A stretch of DNA of 51,684 nucleotides from Dermatophilaceae bacterium (GTDB lineage Bacteria; Actinomycetota; Actinomycetes; Actinomycetales; Dermatophilaceae): the NCBI GenBank assembly GCA_051657965.1, contig JBOFLR010000706.1, positions 1 through 51,684 on the forward strand. Reading direction: 5' to 3'. Shown piece by piece: positions 48,050 to 51,684 of the stretch (positions within the stretch are counted from its first letter, which is position 1; the number at the start of each line of letters is the position of its first letter). The notes below the pieces were generated by a model. The model did no database searches. It was not told the origin of the DNA and was given only the letters and a program-made list of their open reading frames with translations. Position numbers and translations under genes: made by a program.

Positions 48050-48600
48050 CACCCGTCGACATCTCTCGTTCCTCGCCGGCCCCGGTCCCGACCGGTGGCC
48101 GGCGGCGGCTGTTCGTCATCCTCGGTGGAGCGGCAGCGTCAGCACTGGTCGTCGACCAGCTGACCAAGATCTGGGCGCTGGCCGTACTCACCCCCGGGGA
48201 GCCGATCGACGTCATCGGCTCCGTCATCCGGCTCAACCTCGTGCGCAACCCCGGGGCCGCGTTCTCCATCGGCGACCGTGCGACCTGGGTGCTGACCGTG
48301 ATCTCGCTGGTCATCGTCGTGTGGGTCGCCGTCGTCGCCCGTCAGGTGGGGACCCGCAGCTGGGCGATCGGCCTCGGTCTGCTGCTCGGCGGCGCCGTCG
48401 GCAACCTCGTCGACCGGGTGTTCCGCGCCCCGGGCCCCGGGCGTGGGCACGTCGTCGACTTCATCGACTACTCGGGGTGGTTCGTCGGCAACGTCGCCGA
48501 CATCGCCATCGTCGGCGCGGCGGGGCTGGTCGCGGTGCTGTCGTGGCGGGGCATCCCGGTGTCCGGCACCGCACGGGTCGACGAGTCCTCCCGTGGGTGA
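47950..48600 (+). CDS. lspA: Lipoprotein signal peptidase II (start codon uncertain)
   Basis: [20 protein letters not shown] and VVDFIDY...NVADIAI are LspA signatures. The only canonical in-frame starts are GTG 47950 and GTG 47959, about 91-100 nt inside the upstream gene. CTG 48046 overlaps that gene's stop as CTGA. Confidence 0.85.
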   Translation: MRVVRRPDRQTPPPGGPSRDSVPDLQDEAGTSLTPVDISRSSPAPVPTGGRRRLFVILGGAAASALVVDQLTKIWALAVLTPGEPIDVIGSVIRLNLVRNPGAAFSIGDRATWVLTVISLVIVVWVAVVARQVGTRSWAIGLGLLLGGAVGNLVDRVFRAPGPGRGHVVDFIDYSGWFVGNVADIAIVGAAGLVAVLSWRGIPVSGTARVDESSRG

Positions 48601-49525
48601 GCCGCGTACCGTCCTGGTGCCCGACGGTCTCGACGGAGAGCGGGTCGATGCCGCCCTCTCGCGGCTGTTCGGCCTGTCGCGGACCAAGGCCGCCGGGCTG
48701 GTTCTCGACGGCGGCGTCACCGTGAACTCCACCGGTGTCGGCAAGAGCCACCGGGTCACCGCAGGTGACCTGCTCGAGGTCGACCTGCCGACCGGTCCCG
48801 TGCCGCCCCTGGAGGTGGTGGCCGAACCGGTCCCGGGGATGACGGTGGTCCATGACGACGGCGACATCGTGGTCGTCGACAAACCGGTCGGGGTCGCCGC
48901 CCATCCCAGCGTCGGCTGGAGCGGCCCGAACGTGCTCGCCGGACTGAAGGCCGCCGGGTACCGGGTCTCCACCAGTGGGGCGAGCGAGCGCCAAGGCATC
49001 GTGTCCCGCCTCGATGTCGGCACCAGCGGGCTGATGGTGGTGTGCACGAGCGAGCGCGCCTACTCGGTGCTCAAGCGCGCCTTTCGCGAACGTCGCGTCG
49101 AGAAGACGTACCACACGCTGGTCCAGGGCCTGCCGGATCCGGTCACCGGCACCATCGACGCCCCGATCGGCCGGCACCCCGGACACGAGTACAAGTTCGC
49201 CGTCATGGAGTCCGGCAAGCACGCCGTCACCCACTACGAGCTGCTCGAGGCGTTCCGGCACGCCAGCCTGCTCGAGGTCGGCCTGGAGACGGGCCGCACC
49301 CACCAGATCCGGGTGCACCTGGCCGCAGTGCGGCACCCGTGTGTCGGCGACCCGCTCTACGGCGCCGACCCGACGCTGGCGAGGCGGCTCGGTCTGGACC
49401 GGCAGTGGCTGCACGCCGTCGGGCTGGGCTTCGAGCATCCGGGGACGGGGGAGTGGGTCACCTTCGAGAGCGGCTATCCCGACGACCTGCAGGTGGCGCT
49501 GGACCGTCTCTCCACCGGCGGATGA
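48593..49525 (+). CDS. rluD: RluA-family 23S rRNA pseudouridine synthase (RluD-like, with S4 domain)
   Basis: Lies within ORF 48443..49525. GTG 48593 overlaps the end of lspA by 8 nt. Motifs include an S4-like N-terminus, [28 protein letters not shown] (catalytic Asp) and [10 protein letters not shown]. Confidence 0.9.
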   Translation: MGEPRTVLVPDGLDGERVDAALSRLFGLSRTKAAGLVLDGGVTVNSTGVGKSHRVTAGDLLEVDLPTGPVPPLEVVAEPVPGMTVVHDDGDIVVVDKPVGVAAHPSVGWSGPNVLAGLKAAGYRVSTSGASERQGIVSRLDVGTSGLMVVCTSERAYSVLKRAFRERRVEKTYHTLVQGLPDPVTGTIDAPIGRHPGHEYKFAVMESGKHAVTHYELLEAFRHASLLEVGLETGRTHQIRVHLAAVRHPCVGDPLYGADPTLARRLGLDRQWLHAVGLGFEHPGTGEWVTFESGYPDDLQVALDRLSTGG

Positions 49526-49639
49526 CGGGACCGGCGAGTCCGCCGGTGCGGTCGGCGATCCCGCCTCGGTCGGCCTCCGGCGCACGACATCGAGGCACGC
49601 CGGTCGGGGGTCCTGGCGCCGTCGGCCCACGGACTTAGG

Positions 49640-51684
49640 ATGACGGCGATGTCCCCCACGAGCGCTCCGAGACCTGCCCTGGCGACCGGTTCACCGCGCG
49701 GCTCGGACTCCTTCGTGCATCTCCACGTGCACACCGAGTACTCGATGCTCGATGGCGCCGCCCGCATCGGTGACCTGTTCCAGCGGGCCGCCGAGATGGG
49801 GATGCCGGCCCTGGCCACGACCGACCACGGGTACCTCTTCGGGGCGTACGAGTTCTGGAAGAAGGCGCAGGGCACCGGTGTCAAGCCGATCATCGGCGTC
49901 GAGGCGTACGTCACCCCCGGCACGCACCGCGCCGACAAGACTCGGGTGCGCTGGGGCGACGAGCGCACCCGTCCGGGTGACGACGTCTCGGGCTCGGGCG
50001 CCTACACGCACATGACCCTGCTGGCTCGTGACAACACCGGCCTGCACAACCTCTTCCGGATGGACAGTCAGGCCTCGCTCGACCAGGTCTACGCGAAGTG
50101 GCCACGCGTCGACCGCGAGCTGCTCGACCGGTACGGCGCAGGACTCATCGGCACCACCGGCTGCGCCTCCGGCGAGATCCAGACCCGGTTGCGGCTCGGA
50201 CAGTACGACCTCGCCAAGCAGGCGGCATCCGAGTTCCGGGACATCTTCGGCAAGGAGAACTTCTACTGCGAGATCATGGATCACGGCCTCGATGTCGAGC
50301 GCCGGTCCATGCAGGATCTCCTCCGCCTCGCCCGCGAGCTGCAGCTGCCGCTCGTCGCCACCAACGACCTGCACTACACCGGTCCCGAGGACGCCAAGGC
50401 CCATTCGGCGCTGCTCTGCGTGCAGTCCGGCTCGACGATGATGGACCCGAACCGGTTCAAGTTCGACGCCGACGACTTCTACCTCAAGAGCCCCGCCGAG
50501 ATGCGCCACACCTGGCGCGAGCTGCCCGAGGCGTGCGACAACACCCTGCTCATCGCCGAGATGTGCGACATCTCCTTCACCGAGGGCGAGGGGCGGTACA
50601 TGCCGCGGTTCCCGTGCCCGCCGGGTGAGAGCGAGGAGAGCTGGTTCGTCAAGGAGGTCGAGCGCGGGCTGCGCGAGCGCTTCCCCGGTGGCGTCCCCGA
50701 CTACGCGCGCCGGCAGGCCGAGTACGAGACCCAGGTCATCGCCTCGAAGGGGTACTCGGGGTACTTCCTCGTCGTCGCCGACTTCATCACCTGGGCCAAG
50801 GACCACGGCATCCGGGTCGGCCCCGGCCGTGGCTCCGGCGCCGGGTCGATGTGCGCGTTCGCGATGCGCATCACCGACCTGGACCCCATTCCACACGGCC
50901 TGATCTTCGAGCGGTTCCTCAACCCCGAGCGGCCGTCCCTGCCCGACTTCGACGTCGACTTCGACGAGCGTCGGCGCGGGGAGGTCATCCGCTACGTCAC
51001 GGAGAAGTACGGCAGCGACCGGGTCGCCCAGATCGTCACCTACGGCACGATCAAGGCCAAGCAGGCAGTCAAGGATGCCGCGCGCGTCATGGGTCATCCG
51101 TTCGCCGTCGGTGAGCAGCTCACCAAGGCGATGCCGCCGGACGTCATGGGCAAGGGGGTCCCGCTCTCCGGCATCTACGACCCGGCCCACCCCCGGCACG
51201 GCGAGGGCCGCGAGTTCCGCGACCTGGTCGCCACCGAGGCCCACCTCCAGGAGGTCGTCGAGACCGCCAAGGGTCTCGAGGGACTCAAGCGGCAGTGGGG
51301 GGTGCACGCTGCCGGCGTCATCATGAGCAGCGAGCCGATCATCGACGTCATCCCGCTGATGCGCCGGCTCCAGGACGGCCAGGTCATCACCCAGTTCGAC
51401 TACCCGAGCTGCGAGGCGCTCGGCCTGGTGAAGATGGACTTCCTCGGGCTGCGCAACCTCACCATCCTCGACGACGCCATCGCCAACGTGCAGGCCAACC
51501 GCGGGGAGACGATCGACCTCGACGAGCTCTCCCGCACCCTCGACGACCGGGCCACCTACGAGCTGCTGTCCCGCGGTGACACCCTCGGTGTCTTCCAGCT
51601 CGACGGCGGCGGGATGCGCACGCTGCTCAGGCTGATGCAGCCGGACAGCTTCGAGGACATCTCGGCCGCGCTCGCGCTCTACCG
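49640..51684 (+). CDS. dnaE: DNA polymerase III alpha subunit, N-terminal about 680 aa; continues beyond the window
   Basis: This frame is not in the supplied track because it has no stop before the window end. Manual translation from ATG 49640 (in-frame alternative ATG 49649) gives SFVHLHVHTEYSMLDGA (PHP domain), ENFYCEIMDHG, GPGRGSGAGS, NPERPSLPDFDVDF, KMDFLGLRNLT and GVFQLDGGGM. Confidence 0.95.
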   Translation, partial: MTAMSPTSAPRPALATGSPRGSDSFVHLHVHTEYSMLDGAARIGDLFQRAAEMGMPALATTDHGYLFGAYEFWKKAQGTGVKPIIGVEAYVTPGTHRADKTRVRWGDERTRPGDDVSGSGAYTHMTLLARDNTGLHNLFRMDSQASLDQVYAKWPRVDRELLDRYGAGLIGTTGCASGEIQTRLRLGQYDLAKQAASEFRDIFGKENFYCEIMDHGLDVERRSMQDLLRLARELQLPLVATNDLHYTGPEDAKAHSALLCVQSGSTMMDPNRFKFDADDFYLKSPAEMRHTWRELPEACDNTLLIAEMCDISFTEGEGRYMPRFPCPPGESEESWFVKEVERGLRERFPGGVPDYARRQAEYETQVIASKGYSGYFLVVADFITWAKDHGIRVGPGRGSGAGSMCAFAMRITDLDPIPHGLIFERFLNPERPSLPDFDVDFDERRRGEVIRYVTEKYGSDRVAQIVTYGTIKAKQAVKDAARVMGHPFAVGEQLTKAMPPDVMGKGVPLSGIYDPAHPRHGEGREFRDLVATEAHLQEVVETAKGLEGLKRQWGVHAAGVIMSSEPIIDVIPLMRRLQDGQVITQFDYPSCEALGLVKMDFLGLRNLTILDDAIANVQANRGETIDLDELSRTLDDRATYELLSRGDTLGVFQLDGGGMRTLLRLMQPDSFEDISAALALY

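Noticed and set aside
49526-49639. I searched the dnaE upstream spacer for an actinobacterial SOS box (TCGAAC-N4-GTTCGA) or a RecA-independent damage promoter.
   Set aside because: No match to either motif could be found by eye.
49691-51307. A 538-aa minus-strand ORF, the only long ORF the track offers at the right end.
   Set aside because: The + strand frame from 49640 translates into textbook DnaE (PHP domain, GRGSGAGS, KMDFLGLRNL). It is absent from the track only because it has no stop inside the window. The minus ORF is its antisense shadow.

Overview
This is a very GC-rich actinobacterial chromosomal segment; third codon positions are almost all G/C, and gene content and order suggest Micrococcales or a related order. 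Nearly all of it is conserved core genome. From left to right it holds: the 3' end of a rhamnulokinase-like FGGY kinase followed by lutABC; a convergent secreted protein of unknown function; a SAM-IV riboswitch followed by metY; a DUF385 (F420-type) oxidoreductase; a two-gene module of unknown function whose larger protein has a WXG100/T7SS-signal-like N-terminus; hrpA; a PAC2 protein; a family-A DNA polymerase paralog on the minus strand; EcsC, DUF1232 and DUF4192 genes; a second SAM-IV riboswitch followed by metX; a universal stress protein; the principal sigma factor; and a minus-strand moxR, DUF58 and transglutaminase (TgpA-like) operon. This is followed by a complete division/cell-wall (dcw) cluster: mraZ, rsmH, ftsL, ftsI, murE, murF, mraY, murD, ftsW, murG, murC, ftsQ, ftsZ, pgeF, yggS, sepF, yggT and divIVA. 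The window ends with a DksA/TraR-like zinc-finger protein, lspA, rluD and the 5' two-thirds of dnaE. The dnaE frame is missing from the supplied ORF track because it has no stop inside the window. I found no rRNA, tRNA, CRISPR array, transposase, integrase or recognisable defence system. Many long ORFs in the track are antisense or out-of-frame artefacts of the GC content. I cannot point to a convincingly novel system. The best second-look candidates are: the WXG-like pair at 7.8-9.4 kb; the exonuclease-degenerate PolA paralog with its neighbouring unknown-function genes; the paired SAM-IV aptamers on split metY and metX; the lspA start-codon problem; and several structured or palindromic non-coding stretches (5.06-5.59 kb, 26.95-27.34 kb, 27.79-27.95 kb, 45.69 kb).
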